Below, piece by piece: positions 1 to 9,855 of a stretch of 64,000 nucleotides of DNA. The position numbers were made by a program, and so were the translations under genes. Numbering within the stretch: the stretch's first letter is position 1; every line of letters starts with the position of its first letter. Below the pieces are notes generated by a model, which was not told the origin of the DNA, made no database searches, and was given only the letters and a program-made list of their open reading frames with translations. Source of the stretch: Truepera sp. (GTDB taxonomy: Bacteria; Deinococcota; Deinococci; Deinococcales; Trueperaceae); contig CBDCKW010000009.1 in assembly GCA_965218435.1 (NCBI GenBank), forward strand, positions 3,296,001-3,360,000, written 5' to 3'.

Positions 1-84
1 GTGGCTCGTGACTCCCGAGGGTGTCAAGGCGCAACAAACCAACGACAACAGAATCCTTTAGGCTAACCCTAGCAAGGAGACCCC

Positions 85-2004
85 ATGCCCAACCGCCCGC
101 TAACCCGCGTTTTACCCTGGCTTTTCGCTCTATTGACGAGCGTTTCTTGGGTAAGCGCCCAAAACGCCCGATCAGACCTGCGTCCCCTCGAGCAGCTCGC
201 CCCCGCCGAGAGCTTTTTGACCCTCGGGTTTAACAGCCCGTTTGGAGCGCCCGAAACCGGCTTGCAGACGGATTTAGCCGCCCTCGACTTTCCCAGAGCG
301 GGCCGGACGCTTGAAAAACTCGGTGAGCTGAGTGACGACCCGACCCTGCGCGACCTACTCGGTGAGTACGGTGGCTTTTTTCAAGGGGTTGAAGGGCAGC
401 TCAAACGTCAGCAGAAGCGTATGGGTGAAGGCAACGCGTTTACGCGCTGCTTGGAGGCCAACACCCCGGAAAACCTCGAGACCCTGGCCCTACCTGAAAC
501 GTCCGCTGCCTGGACCAGCGCCCTCTTAAGTGTCGGCGCGAGCAGCTACAGCCCCATTCCGGCAGTTACAGCGATGGTCCGGGTTGCGCCCACAGCAGCA
601 GCGCCGTTTGCTGAACTTCAGCGTCTCGTCGTGCTCTGTAGCGAACGCGTCGGCGTTGAGGTCGTGCGGCTCCGCGAAGGGAATACGCCGCTCGTCGTCG
701 TCGGCAACGCGGGCGATTTTCCGGTCGTCCTAAGCCGGGTCGGGACGCTCTTTATTGCCGGGACGAACCCCGAAGCGGTGCGCGGCGTCGTGCGGCGGGC
801 GCATGGCTCAGAAGAACCCAACCTCAGCACGACTGATTTTTACAAGCAAAATCAGGAACTGTTAGCTGGCCCCGGGATGAGTTTGGCGCTGAACGCAGCA
901 GCTCTGGGGAACACGGTAGAGAGCTTGGGTGGGGGCTTTGCTGACGCCCAAACCCAGCCTCTACTAGACAGACTGGTCGGGTCTTTGCGCACCTTGGGCT
1001 CTTACGCCGGGGTCTTGCGCTTTGAAGGACAAGAACTGCGGCTGAGCTCGAGGCTGAACGTCAACCCCAAAGGTGGCGACGCCGAACTCACGGCGCTGCT
1101 GCTGGACGACACGCCCGCCCCAGCTCCGACCCTTGCCCCGGCAGGCAGTACCGCCGTCAGTACCATACGCTGGCAACCTCAGCGTGTTTTAGATTATGTG
1201 GAGGGTTGGGCCGAGCTTGCAGGACGGGCGATGGGCGAAGCGGTATCCCTACAAGACCTGGCGCAGCAAGAACTCGGCTTAGATTTGGACACAGCCTTGG
1301 GCTGGCTCGGTGATGAGACGACGAGCATCGTCCTAAAGCCCGTCGGTACGGACATCAGCACGCTCGTCTATGGTCGCCCGCAAGTGATGGCCTTCAAAAC
1401 GACCGGTCAGGCGGCGGCTCAAGCTGGTTTGAAAGAGATTGGGCAGGCAGTGCTGCGGGGGCTCGAGTCCCAAAATCTCTCCGCCGCCGACCTCCCGGCA
1501 AATCTTTACACCCAAATTTCCCAAAGTAGCTACCGCTTCGGTGACACCGAGGTTACGCGTTTCCGCGTCGGCCCGAACCTCGACCTCGGCACTGCCTTTT
1601 TAGGAGACACGCTGCTCGTCGGGACGCCCGCAGCAGCGTTAGAAGATGTCATCACGACGGCGCAAGGTCTCCGCAGGCCCTTGACCGACGACGAAAGCTA
1701 TCAGCAGAGTCAGACGGACGCGCCACAAAATGCGGTCAGCTCGAGGTACACCGATCTTGCAGCCGAGTTGCGTGGTTACGCCGAGCTGACCCGCGTCGTC
1801 GCCCAACCGCTCGCATTTACGGCGTCAGTTGGCCTTGGTGGGGACGCGAACACGCAAGCACCCGATTTCGCCGACCTGTTGCACCTGCTCGAGCTCATGC
1901 CCAACACCCTGCAAACCTTCAGCGACCACACCGGAAGTACGACGGGTTACACCTGGATAGAGGGCGACACGCGCCGCTCGGAAACGCGTTTGAGCCTCAG
2001 ATAA
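85..2004 (+). CDS. Secreted/periplasmic protein, possibly DUF3352-like
   Basis: 639-aa ORF with an AAGGAG RBS and an N-terminal signal peptide (WLFALLTSVSWVSA-Q). Family call is tentative. Confidence 0.6.
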   Translation: MPNRPLTRVLPWLFALLTSVSWVSAQNARSDLRPLEQLAPAESFLTLGFNSPFGAPETGLQTDLAALDFPRAGRTLEKLGELSDDPTLRDLLGEYGGFFQGVEGQLKRQQKRMGEGNAFTRCLEANTPENLETLALPETSAAWTSALLSVGASSYSPIPAVTAMVRVAPTAAAPFAELQRLVVLCSERVGVEVVRLREGNTPLVVVGNAGDFPVVLSRVGTLFIAGTNPEAVRGVVRRAHGSEEPNLSTTDFYKQNQELLAGPGMSLALNAAALGNTVESLGGGFADAQTQPLLDRLVGSLRTLGSYAGVLRFEGQELRLSSRLNVNPKGGDAELTALLLDDTPAPAPTLAPAGSTAVSTIRWQPQRVLDYVEGWAELAGRAMGEAVSLQDLAQQELGLDLDTALGWLGDETTSIVLKPVGTDISTLVYGRPQVMAFKTTGQAAAQAGLKEIGQAVLRGLESQNLSAADLPANLYTQISQSSYRFGDTEVTRFRVGPNLDLGTAFLGDTLLVGTPAAALEDVITTAQGLRRPLTDDESYQQSQTDAPQNAVSSRYTDLAAELRGYAELTRVVAQPLAFTASVGLGGDANTQAPDFADLLHLLELMPNTLQTFSDHTGSTTGYTWIEGDTRRSETRLSLR

Positions 2005-2019
2005 CGTCTTAAAGACATG

Positions 2020-2051
2020 AAAAAGCCGGAGCGTCAAACTCCGGCTTTTTT
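2020..2051. terminator. Bidirectional intrinsic terminator
   Basis: AAAAAGCCGGAG-cgtcaaa-CTCCGGCTTTTTT between convergent genes. Confidence 0.85.
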
Positions 2052-2064
2052 GAATAACGTAACT

Positions 2065-2397
2065 TTAGCTGGCGACGGTAGCGACGTGCTTCTCGAGCCG
2101 CGCCTGATACGCACCCTTGGGCTGCGCACCGATCATCGTTTCGACGGGTTCGCCGTCTTTGAACAAGATGACGGTCGGAATGCTCATCACGCGGAAGTTC
2201 ATCGCGGTTTGCTGATTGTCGTCTACGTTGAGCTTGCCGACCTTGATTTTGCCTTTATAGTCACCGGCGAGTTCTTCGATGACCGGGCCGACCATCCGGC
2301 AAGGACCGCACCAGGGTGCCCAGAAGTCTACCAAGACGAGCCCTTGATCGGTTTCGTTTTTGAAGTTGCTATCGGTAAATTCAGCTGTATTTGCCAT
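2065..2397 (-). CDS. trxA: Thioredoxin
   Basis: WAPWCGPC active site, SIPT motif, GGAGG RBS. Confidence 0.97.
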   Translation of the reverse strand: MANTAEFTDSNFKNETDQGLVLVDFWAPWCGPCRMVGPVIEELAGDYKGKIKVGKLNVDDNQQTAMNFRVMSIPTVILFKDGEPVETMIGAQPKGAYQARLEKHVATVAS

Positions 2398-2470
2398 GTA
2401 TTTGGCCTCCTATATGCAATTTAGTTGAGTGAAACGCGCGTGTATGTCTTGTAGTCTACACGTTTGGCGG

Positions 2471-3613
2471 TTATGTCCAAAGATGAAACGCAGCTGTGGT
2501 GTCGCCCCTGCCGAACTTCGGCGGCATCAGACCGAGTGCGCGGCTCCCTCCTTTGACGGCGGCTCTTACGAGTGCCAAAGGGCTCACCTTGTCCCCGTGC
2601 AGCGCCCGCGCCGCTGCGACTTCGTGCTCGAGACTCAGGTCCGGCGCAGACCCGCGAGAGTCCGTCCCTAGTGCGATTTCAACCCCGTGTTTGGCGTACA
2701 GCTCCCACGGAAAACGCCCACATTCCAGAGCCTCGTTCGAGCGCGGACAATGCACTACCCCGCACCCGGCCTTCGCCACCGTTTTGATGTCGTCTTCGGG
2801 CACGTTCACCATATGGACGAGTGTCGGCCGCGCGTCTAGTACGCCCAGCTCGGCGAGGTACTGCACCGGCTTCAAACCACTTGGCTGCCAAGACCCCAAA
2901 AAAGGTTTCATGAATTCATAAAGCGGCCCACTGCCGTCTCGCTGCATAGAGACTTCCGCGGGGCTTTCTGCCACATGAATTTGCAGCGGCAGGTTTTCGG
3001 CGATAGCCAAACGTGCGAGCTTTTGTAAAAGTAGGCCGCTCACCGTATGCGGCGTATGCGGTGAGAGCCCGAGTTTGAGCCCGTCGGGACGCTCGAGCCT
3101 CCGAAACTCGCGTAACAACTCAACGGTTTCCGCAAACGCTTTATCGGCATCGTCAGGATCCGGCGCAAAGACTTCCCAGTACGCTACACCCTTGAGTCCG
3201 GGCGTTTGCAAAAGCCAGCGCACCACCTCAGCTCTAGCTACGATATCGCCAAAAGCTCCAACACCGGTAGCCGTAATTTCAGCCAGCCCCGCCTTAGCTG
3301 CCTCGACCCCACGACTCGAGTCATGGTTGACGACGTGCCGGATAAAGTTGTCGTAAGAACCCCTAAAGTACGGTAGGCTCGAGAGGTCTAAATGCGTGTG
3401 CGCGTTGACCGGCGGCGGTGAAATGGCAAACCCCACATCTTTTACGGGCGCGTCCGGGTAACTCTGCCGCGCGTCCGCAAGGCTCCCAACCATCACGATA
3501 CGCTCGCCCTGCACAACGACTGCCCCACCTTCGCGGGGCGTGCCGATGCCGCTATAAACGACCTCAGCGGTCAAAATTTGATGCTGTAGTAAATTCTGTT
3601 TCAGTGAACTCAT
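2471..3613 (-). CDS. Amidohydrolase, probable aminodeoxyfutalosine deaminase (Dr0824-like)
   Basis: NAHTHLD, LSPHTP, QIHVAE, LVHMVNV, CPRSN and LGTDS motifs as recalled for Deinococcus Dr0824; mqnC lies 2.4 kb upstream on the same strand. Confidence 0.8.
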   Translation of the reverse strand: MSSLKQNLLQHQILTAEVVYSGIGTPREGGAVVVQGERIVMVGSLADARQSYPDAPVKDVGFAISPPPVNAHTHLDLSSLPYFRGSYDNFIRHVVNHDSSRGVEAAKAGLAEITATGVGAFGDIVARAEVVRWLLQTPGLKGVAYWEVFAPDPDDADKAFAETVELLREFRRLERPDGLKLGLSPHTPHTVSGLLLQKLARLAIAENLPLQIHVAESPAEVSMQRDGSGPLYEFMKPFLGSWQPSGLKPVQYLAELGVLDARPTLVHMVNVPEDDIKTVAKAGCGVVHCPRSNEALECGRFPWELYAKHGVEIALGTDSRGSAPDLSLEHEVAAARALHGDKVSPLALVRAAVKGGSRALGLMPPKFGRGDTTAAFHLWT

Positions 3614-3648
3614 AACCCAACGCTACCGGATTGCTGAACTAAATTCAG

Positions 3649-3885
3649 CTAGCTTGCAAACAGGTTAAACGTGCCTGCGACGAGTGCGCCGACGACATAG
3701 AGCAAAATACCAACGCAGCAAAGCACAAAGGCAGCTTGAGCGAAGTTCCTTTTACTCGGCAGTGCCGAGTTACCAAACGCCCAATATGCAAGCGCGACCA
3801 AGTTGACCAGCGGAATGGACAAGACGATAAACGTCACGATCCAATTCCCTACCGAAATGACCTCTGCTTCATCACGGCGCTGCAT
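3649..3885 (-). CDS. Small two-TM membrane protein
   Basis: GGAGG RBS; SVGNWIVT...IPLVNL...WAFG...SKRNFAQA pattern. Confidence 0.75.
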   Translation of the reverse strand: MQRRDEAEVISVGNWIVTFIVLSIPLVNLVALAYWAFGNSALPSKRNFAQAAFVLCCVGILLYVVGALVAGTFNLFAS

Positions 3886-3899
3886 CAGGTAGCCTCCAA

Positions 3900-4805
3900 T
3901 TAGCGGTGCTGCGTGTAACGTGTGGCTGTGTTTAGGTTGCGGAGGGTCTCGAGTTCCCCTACGGTCAGCGTGACTTCAGCTGCGCCAACATTCTCTTCCA
4001 ACTGTTCTAAACTGCTCGCTCCCGGAACCACGGTTGCGACCGCCGGACTTGAAAGCGCATAACGCAGTGCGAGCTGCGCCATTGTCCGCTCAGGCGTCAC
4101 TAAATCCCGCAAGGCGGCACGTGTATCCTCTAAAACTTTGGTTGAATGGTCTAAAAAACCGTCCGATACTTTGGCCTCACCTGACACGCTCAAGATACCT
4201 TTGGCAACCGGTCCCCGCACAATGACGCTGACACTGTTTCGCTCGAGTAGCCCCAACACCGCCTCTTCGGGCCGCCGGTCTAAGAGGCTGTACTGCATCA
4301 TCACGCTCGCCATGTTTGACTTGTTGACCCACTCCCGAATCACGTTGGGCCGGATTGACGAAATCCCATACGCGCGGATCAGCCCCTGCGTTTTGAGGTC
4401 TTCAAACGTCTCGATCACGCCGTCAATGTCGTCATCTAAGGTACCGCCGTGCAGCTGATAGAGGTCTAAATAATCCGTCTGGAGCCGCTTCAAGCTCGCC
4501 TCAACAGCCTGCCGGATATATGTCGGCGACGCGTCCCAATCCCAGGTGCTGCCGTCCTCACGCCAACGGTTGCCGACCTTGCTAGCCAAAACGACCTGCT
4601 CACGCATTCCCTTAAACGCCCTACCGACGCTCTTCTCGTTGAAACCTTTGTCGTACAGATCGGCAGTATCAAAAAAGGTGACGCCCAAGTCCAAAGCCCG
4701 TTGCAAAAGTTTGATATTTTCATCGTGGTCATGGCCTAAAGACATGCAGCCGTAGCCGATTTCGCTGACCTCAACGTCACTTTTACCCAAGCAGTTGATT
4801 TTCAT
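3900..4805 (-). CDS. Aldo/keto reductase
   Basis: IGYGCMS, FFDTADLY, SLKRLQTDYLDLYQLH. Confidence 0.93.
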   Translation of the reverse strand: MKINCLGKSDVEVSEIGYGCMSLGHDHDENIKLLQRALDLGVTFFDTADLYDKGFNEKSVGRAFKGMREQVVLASKVGNRWREDGSTWDWDASPTYIRQAVEASLKRLQTDYLDLYQLHGGTLDDDIDGVIETFEDLKTQGLIRAYGISSIRPNVIREWVNKSNMASVMMQYSLLDRRPEEAVLGLLERNSVSVIVRGPVAKGILSVSGEAKVSDGFLDHSTKVLEDTRAALRDLVTPERTMAQLALRYALSSPAVATVVPGASSLEQLEENVGAAEVTLTVGELETLRNLNTATRYTQHR

Positions 4806-5473
4806 GGTCTCCCTTCGTGCACAAGCAGCCAGCCGATCAGCTCGAGCATTACCTGCGCTCGTCTCCGGGCGTCTCCTTCAAAAAGCTCGTGAAGTGACGC
4901 GTCTAAACCTTCAGGTACAGCTTGCAAATCCGGCAAATGTACCCACACCGCGCCCCCAGGCGGCATAGGTTTGTCGTTATGTGCCCACAGCCCCTCTAAA
5001 ACCTTCCAACTGTTGATGCTCGCGCAATACCCCAGTTTTTGCGTGTCTCCCACCGCCATCGCCGCGTTCAGTTTGAGAGAAGCACTCTTTAACCAGTAGA
5101 AAATGGCTGATTTCTCGTGAGCAGGCGTTTGGTAAGTCTCAAACCGGTTTCCGGCAAGCTGCTCGAGTTCAGCGAGTAGGCCGTCGGGATCGTAAAGCGT
5201 GCAACCGTCCAGATAGCTGTAGAGTTCCACCGGGTTCTCGAGCAAACGTGCTTTTGCCCCTGTCACGTCCCAGATGTGCCGCTCGACGAGCGTACCATCT
5301 ATCATTTCAGAGCGAAACGACGGCCCGGTTAAAGAATCTACTAAGACGAGCATATCCAAGTCAGAACCGGGAAGAGCGTCGCCTCTAGCCCTCGAGCCCG
5401 TCAGCAACACACCGCGGACGTTTTTGTCGCGGCAAAGCGAGTTGGTGACGCGCACGATCAGCCCGTCTGTCAC
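4802..5473 (-). CDS. Nucleotidyltransferase-domain protein (Pol-beta/KNTase-like)
   Basis: GSRARGDALPGSDLD (GS...DxD) motif followed by a helical C-terminal domain. Confidence 0.8.
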   Translation of the reverse strand: MTDGLIVRVTNSLCRDKNVRGVLLTGSRARGDALPGSDLDMLVLVDSLTGPSFRSEMIDGTLVERHIWDVTGAKARLLENPVELYSYLDGCTLYDPDGLLAELEQLAGNRFETYQTPAHEKSAIFYWLKSASLKLNAAMAVGDTQKLGYCASINSWKVLEGLWAHNDKPMPPGGAVWVHLPDLQAVPEGLDASLHELFEGDARRRAQVMLELIGWLLVHEGRP

Positions 5474-6034
5474 CTACAGCCCCTCGTAAATATCTTCAAG
5501 TGTCAGGTCAAGGCCCAAGTACGGCAGTTTCACGGTGCCGTCTCGCCGGTATTCGTGATACCACCAGCCCTCGGTGTCGTCGCGGCGGTAACGCTCCAAA
5601 TACCGTTCGTCGGCGCTGACAATAAGATAGTCGCGCAGTTCCGGAATACCCTGATAAGCCAAAAGCTTTTCACGGCGGTCAACGCTTGCAGTACTCGGTG
5701 ACATTACCTCGACTAAAAGAGATGGAGACATCTTATAAAGGTCGTCCGTATCGCTGTCGCTGCACGTTACCATCACATCGGGGTAGTAAAACTTATCCAC
5801 AAATTCGGCTTGCACCCGCAGTTTCATATCGCTGATGTAGGCGCGGCAACCCTCTTTCAAACCCTGACGAATGCGAAAGTAGATATTGCCTGCGACACGG
5901 TTGTGTTTGTCAGTCGCACCGGCAAAAGCGTACACCTGACCCTCCACAAATTCGTGTTTGGTGGTGCTGCTCGCCTCGAGCTGCAGATACTCTTCAGCCG
6001 ACAGTGGTTTGAGTTTTAACGCCGCTTCACCCAT
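5474..6034 (-). CDS. Uma2 family endonuclease
   Basis: KHEFVEGQVYAFAG, YYPDVMV, LVEVMSPSTASVDRREKLLAY. Confidence 0.92.
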   Translation of the reverse strand: MGEAALKLKPLSAEEYLQLEASSTTKHEFVEGQVYAFAGATDKHNRVAGNIYFRIRQGLKEGCRAYISDMKLRVQAEFVDKFYYPDVMVTCSDSDTDDLYKMSPSLLVEVMSPSTASVDRREKLLAYQGIPELRDYLIVSADERYLERYRRDDTEGWWYHEYRRDGTVKLPYLGLDLTLEDIYEGL

Positions 6035-6049
6035 AAGGCAGTATAGGGT

Positions 6050-7198
6050 TTAGAAGGCAGTCTCGAGCATCCCAAAATCAATCTGTGGTTTGTCCGCTAA
6101 AATCGCCGCTGCGTCAGGCACCCTGATGGTCTCGTAAAGGCTGCCGCGCTGCACCGGCTTGAAGCCTGCCTCGGTAATCTGCCGGATGATTTCGCGCTCG
6201 TTGACGCGGCGGTGTTTGGCCCCAGCTTGTGAAACGACGTTTTCTTCCAACATCGTCGAACCGTAATCGTTCGCCCCGAAAAAGAGCGCGGTCTGTGCGA
6301 TTTTGTGCCCCATCGTCGGCCAAGAAGCTTGGAAGTTCGGCACGTTGTCTAAAAAGATGCGGCTGACCGCCAGGTTTTGCAGATACTCGTGTGCGCCCGC
6401 ACCCGGTACTTTGCCGTCAATCCGGACACCTTGCGTTTGCAGCGTCCACGAGATAAACGCCGAAAAGCCGTTGCCGTGTGTGGCGTCGGCGAGGTCTTGC
6501 TGCTCACGGACCCGAAGCATACTTCCAATCCGCTGCGCGGGCGTCTCCGCGAAACCGATGACCATCGTTGCGGTCGTGTAAAGCCCCAATTCTTGCGCTT
6601 CACCCATCACGCGAATCCAGTCATCCGACGAGATACGCGCGGGTGAGATATGTTTGGCGTGCCGGATGTCGTCTACCAACATCTCACCGCCGCCGCCCGG
6701 TAGCCCATCGAGCCCCGCCGCTTGCAGCTCTTTGAGGACTTCCATGCTCGTCATCCCGGTCAGCTTCCCCATCCCTTTGATCTCTTCAGGTGAAAACGCC
6801 TCAACGCGGATGCTCGGATGATGTGTTTTGAGGTGCTGCATCAGGTCTAAGTACCAACTAAAAGGTAGGTACTGATTGACGCCGCCCTGCATCAAGATAC
6901 GGGTACCGTGAACGGCCTCGAGTTCCCGTATCTTGTCGCTGATGGCTTCAGATGAAAGCGTGTACGCGCCCTCTTGGTTGCGCGTCCGGTAAAAACCGCA
7001 AAACGCACAGCCGACGTTGCACACATTCGAGTAGTTGATATTGCGGTCAATCAAATAGGTGACGACCCCTGGGTCGGTACGTTGTTGCCGGACGGCGTGG
7101 GCGGCGGCGGCGAGGTCAAAAAGGGGTAAGTCGTAAAGTCCGACGGCTTCTTGGGGTGATAACCGCTCTCCAGACGCGGCTTTGGTGAGCAGGTTCAT
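6050..7198 (-). CDS. mqnC: Cyclic dehypoxanthinyl futalosine synthase (radical SAM)
   Basis: DRNINYSNVCNVGCAFCGF (CxxxCxxC); GANDYGSTMLEENVVS. Confidence 0.9.
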   Translation of the reverse strand: MNLLTKAASGERLSPQEAVGLYDLPLFDLAAAAHAVRQQRTDPGVVTYLIDRNINYSNVCNVGCAFCGFYRTRNQEGAYTLSSEAISDKIRELEAVHGTRILMQGGVNQYLPFSWYLDLMQHLKTHHPSIRVEAFSPEEIKGMGKLTGMTSMEVLKELQAAGLDGLPGGGGEMLVDDIRHAKHISPARISSDDWIRVMGEAQELGLYTTATMVIGFAETPAQRIGSMLRVREQQDLADATHGNGFSAFISWTLQTQGVRIDGKVPGAGAHEYLQNLAVSRIFLDNVPNFQASWPTMGHKIAQTALFFGANDYGSTMLEENVVSQAGAKHRRVNEREIIRQITEAGFKPVQRGSLYETIRVPDAAAILADKPQIDFGMLETAF

Positions 7199-7275
7199 AA
7201 ATAGAGTCTAGCACCGCATCTGAGCAGCGTTCGTAGTGTCGTCAGGGCATTTTTAAGTACAGCAGCAAAGGTAAG

Positions 7276-7743
7276 TTAGAGGTGTTTAAGAAAAAAGTCC
7301 CGCATCACCTTATTAAAACCGAAACGGCGATAGAGACGCCGCGCCCCTTCGTTGTCAGGTAGAGCCTCGAGGCTCAGCGCCTTCATCTCCAAAGCTCTGC
7401 ACGTCGTTTCGGCAAAGCTCAGCGCCGCCTGCCCGAACCCTCGGCCTCTAAAGTGTGGCGCAACGTAAAGCTCATCAACCTCGGCAACACGCCCGCCGTA
7501 CTCGAAACTATAGCTCCACGTGAGCGCAAGATACCCGGCCTGTTCCCCTTGGTAATCCAGCATCCAGATGCGGCCTTGGTCTTGGGAGCTGAAAAACTGC
7601 TCGAGCGCCCCCCACGTGTGCCTGGGCGAGACATCGAGGTGGTCAGCTTGATAGTAAGCCTGCATCAAAAGAAGTAACGCCTCGAGGTCCGTTCGGGTCG
7701 CTTCACGAAATGAAAGTTCGTCTGTATCGCTATGGGGCAGCAC
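7276..7743 (-). CDS. GNAT N-acetyltransferase
   Basis: VDELYVAPHFRGRGFG; N..ARRLYRRFGF. Confidence 0.9.
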   Translation of the reverse strand: MLPHSDTDELSFREATRTDLEALLLLMQAYYQADHLDVSPRHTWGALEQFFSSQDQGRIWMLDYQGEQAGYLALTWSYSFEYGGRVAEVDELYVAPHFRGRGFGQAALSFAETTCRALEMKALSLEALPDNEGARRLYRRFGFNKVMRDFFLKHL

Positions 7744-7891
7744 GACAAGAGCATAACCGCTGGGGAAATGGCTCGAGGTTGTTTAACAAAATAATCGCCC
7801 AAACCGCAGTTCTACGAGCGGGCCGGCCTAACCTAAAGAAACCGGAGATACGACGCAAGCGCCGCAACTCCGGAAAGTTGTTGAGTTCTGT

Positions 7892-8410
7892 CTAGCTGTG
7901 CTGCTGCGCGTACTTGATCAGACCTAGAGTATCGGCTGCGTTCAGACGACCTATCGCATTTGACGAGTACACTGCGACGGCAACTTTACCGTCGGGCGTC
8001 AGAATAAACCCCGTAGCTTGAGAGTAGGTCGGCTTGCCGTCGCTCCCGTCTGAGAGGTAGTTACCGACTTCCGCAGCGATGGTCTGTGCGTCTAGGCCGT
8101 AAGCCACTGGGAACGCGAGGTGATGACGGTTGACCGTTTGCTCCGCGTCCGCTTTAGCGTCTACTGACAGGGCAACGACCTTGGCGTTGACCCCGGCGAA
8201 CCCCTCGAGCTGCCTTTGAAAGTCGCCGAGTTGGCCTCGGCAAAAGGGGCACCAGTCGCCCCGGTAAAACAGCACGACGCCCCACGAACCCTCGAGGTCT
8301 CCCGGCAGGTTGAGGGTACCGCCCTCAACGAGGTTGGCGCTTAAGGACGGAAAAGTATCACCGTTGTTGAGCCGAAAGGCGTTAGTTGTTGGGGCGCTGG
8401 TCGTGGTCAT
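7892..8410 (-). CDS. AhpC/TSA (peroxiredoxin-like) redoxin
   Basis: FYRGDWCPFC; start placed at ATG 8410 behind an AGGAGG RBS. Confidence 0.85.
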   Translation of the reverse strand: MTTTSAPTTNAFRLNNGDTFPSLSANLVEGGTLNLPGDLEGSWGVVLFYRGDWCPFCRGQLGDFQRQLEGFAGVNAKVVALSVDAKADAEQTVNRHHLAFPVAYGLDAQTIAAEVGNYLSDGSDGKPTYSQATGFILTPDGKVAVAVYSSNAIGRLNAADTLGLIKYAQQHS

Positions 8411-8509
8411 AAAATCCTCCTGAAAAGTTCTGTAGCGCCTGCCGGAAAATAAGTGGCTTTTATTTCCGGTACCTACGACTCGCTTGCCACTCGCCATCAA
8501 ATTTTGAAG

Positions 8510-8559
8510 TAAGTTGACTGACTTAAAATGACTCTACGCGCGTATTAAGTTTTTGTCAA
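8510..8559 (-). promoter_or_regulatory. Sigma70-type promoter of the redoxin gene plus candidate TetR operator
   Basis: Minus strand TTGACA(8559-8554)-N17-TAGAGT(8536-8531); imperfect palindrome TAAGTTGACTGACTTA at 8510-8525. Confidence 0.7.
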
Positions 8560-8665
8560 GCTTAGTATCAAACCAACTTAGCTTCGACTATCTCAAAGCC
8601 CCCGAGCTGTCCGTTCTTCTGCCCCGTACGGATTTTGTAACACCCTCTTGGTTTCATCTAATCTA

Positions 8666-9747
8666 AGTACCTCCAACCTGAAACTAAAGGATAATAGCTT
8701 CCAAGAGCGCAAGGGTAGAAAAGACGGCATCTTTGAGGTCTTTAAGCGAGGTATATAAGCGTCTGGGTAATAGAAAACCCTTCAGCACACGCCATAAAGC
8801 CTCGATGGGATTCAAATGTGGCGAATAAGGTGGGAGATAACGAAGAAATAAGCCTTTGGCTTGCCAACAGGGTTCTTTGGCTTTAATGTTAGCGGCTTTA
8901 TGAAAGCGGGCATTATCAAGCACCACGACAGTCAAACCTTCGGGGTCGGCTTGTTGGGCTAGCTGGTCAAGAAACGCCTCACATTTTTTGGCCTCACAGC
9001 TACCTGCCAAATCACGGTAGAAAAGCTTGTTAGCTGCAAAGTCCAAAGCTCCTATGAGGTTGAGCCTGCCTGCTGAACCTTGCCAGGAAGGAATTTCAAA
9101 CTGAATACCCGAGCCCTTGGGTGTCCAGGTCTTGATAGGTTTGAGGGTCAGACTAAAACCTACCTGATCAAGATAAAGCAGTTTCAGTCTTTGCGCCAGC
9201 GCCCCTTTTTCAACGTGTCTAAAGCTGCTTTATGATGCTTAAGCTCGTCCTCGCCGGGACGCTTGGCTGGGACAAACCGCCCCTTTTTCCAGCTGTAGCC
9301 CATTTCTTTAAGTCGTTTGCGGATGCCTTCAGCGCCTACCTTGACGCCGTAGCCCTCAAAAATAGCCTCAGCAAGTTGCTCACACGTCCAGGTTCTTGGT
9401 TCTATCAACTTCGCTGCCATAAACGTTTTGACTTCTTCGCTGATAAGGGGTTTTCGTCCGTGGGCTTCGTAATGATCGGCTAAGCCTGCGTAACCTTCTT
9501 TTTCCCAACAGTCAAACGTTCTTCGTATAGTTTCGTAGTTCTTCGCTACATGCTCAGAGATGCGCTCTATCGCCATACCTTGATTCGACAATCTTAGTAC
9601 TTGGGCACGCAAACGTACCTTTGCCTTCATATGGACATTCTGCTCTATCGCTCTTAACTTGCTATTCTCCTCGTTGTCCAGTTGGATAAACCTGTGCGCT
9701 CGATTCGCCATTCCTTCATTATCCTACTTCTTTGAGTTGGAGGTACT
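8666..9747 (-). mobile_element. IS630-family insertion sequence
   Basis: Terminal IRs AGTACCTCCAAC / GTTGGAGGTACT; TA duplication at 8664-8665 and 9748-9749 within a CTAG target; lower GC than flanks. Confidence 0.93.
8684..9711 (-). CDS. IS630 transposase in two frames joined by a probable -1 frameshift
   Basis: HTH ORF 9184-9711; a -1 shift at AAAAAGGGG (9210-9202) continues into LYLDQVGF...VVLDNARFH...LNPIEALW (DDE). Confidence 0.88.
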
Positions 9748-9799
9748 TAGTACGACTACTTTTTAAGATTTGCCCGACACCTTAATTTGTCGTGTGAGG

Positions 9800-9844
9800 T
9801 TGACGCGTTCTATAAAGTCGGTAATAATTAAGTTGTTCAACTCA
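9800..9844 (+). promoter_or_regulatory. tetR promoter and candidate auto-operator
   Basis: TTGACG-N17-AATAAT, then TAAGTTGTTCAACTCA (9829-9844), which resembles the 8510 site. Confidence 0.6.
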
Positions 9845-9855
9845 TTGGAGGCGAG

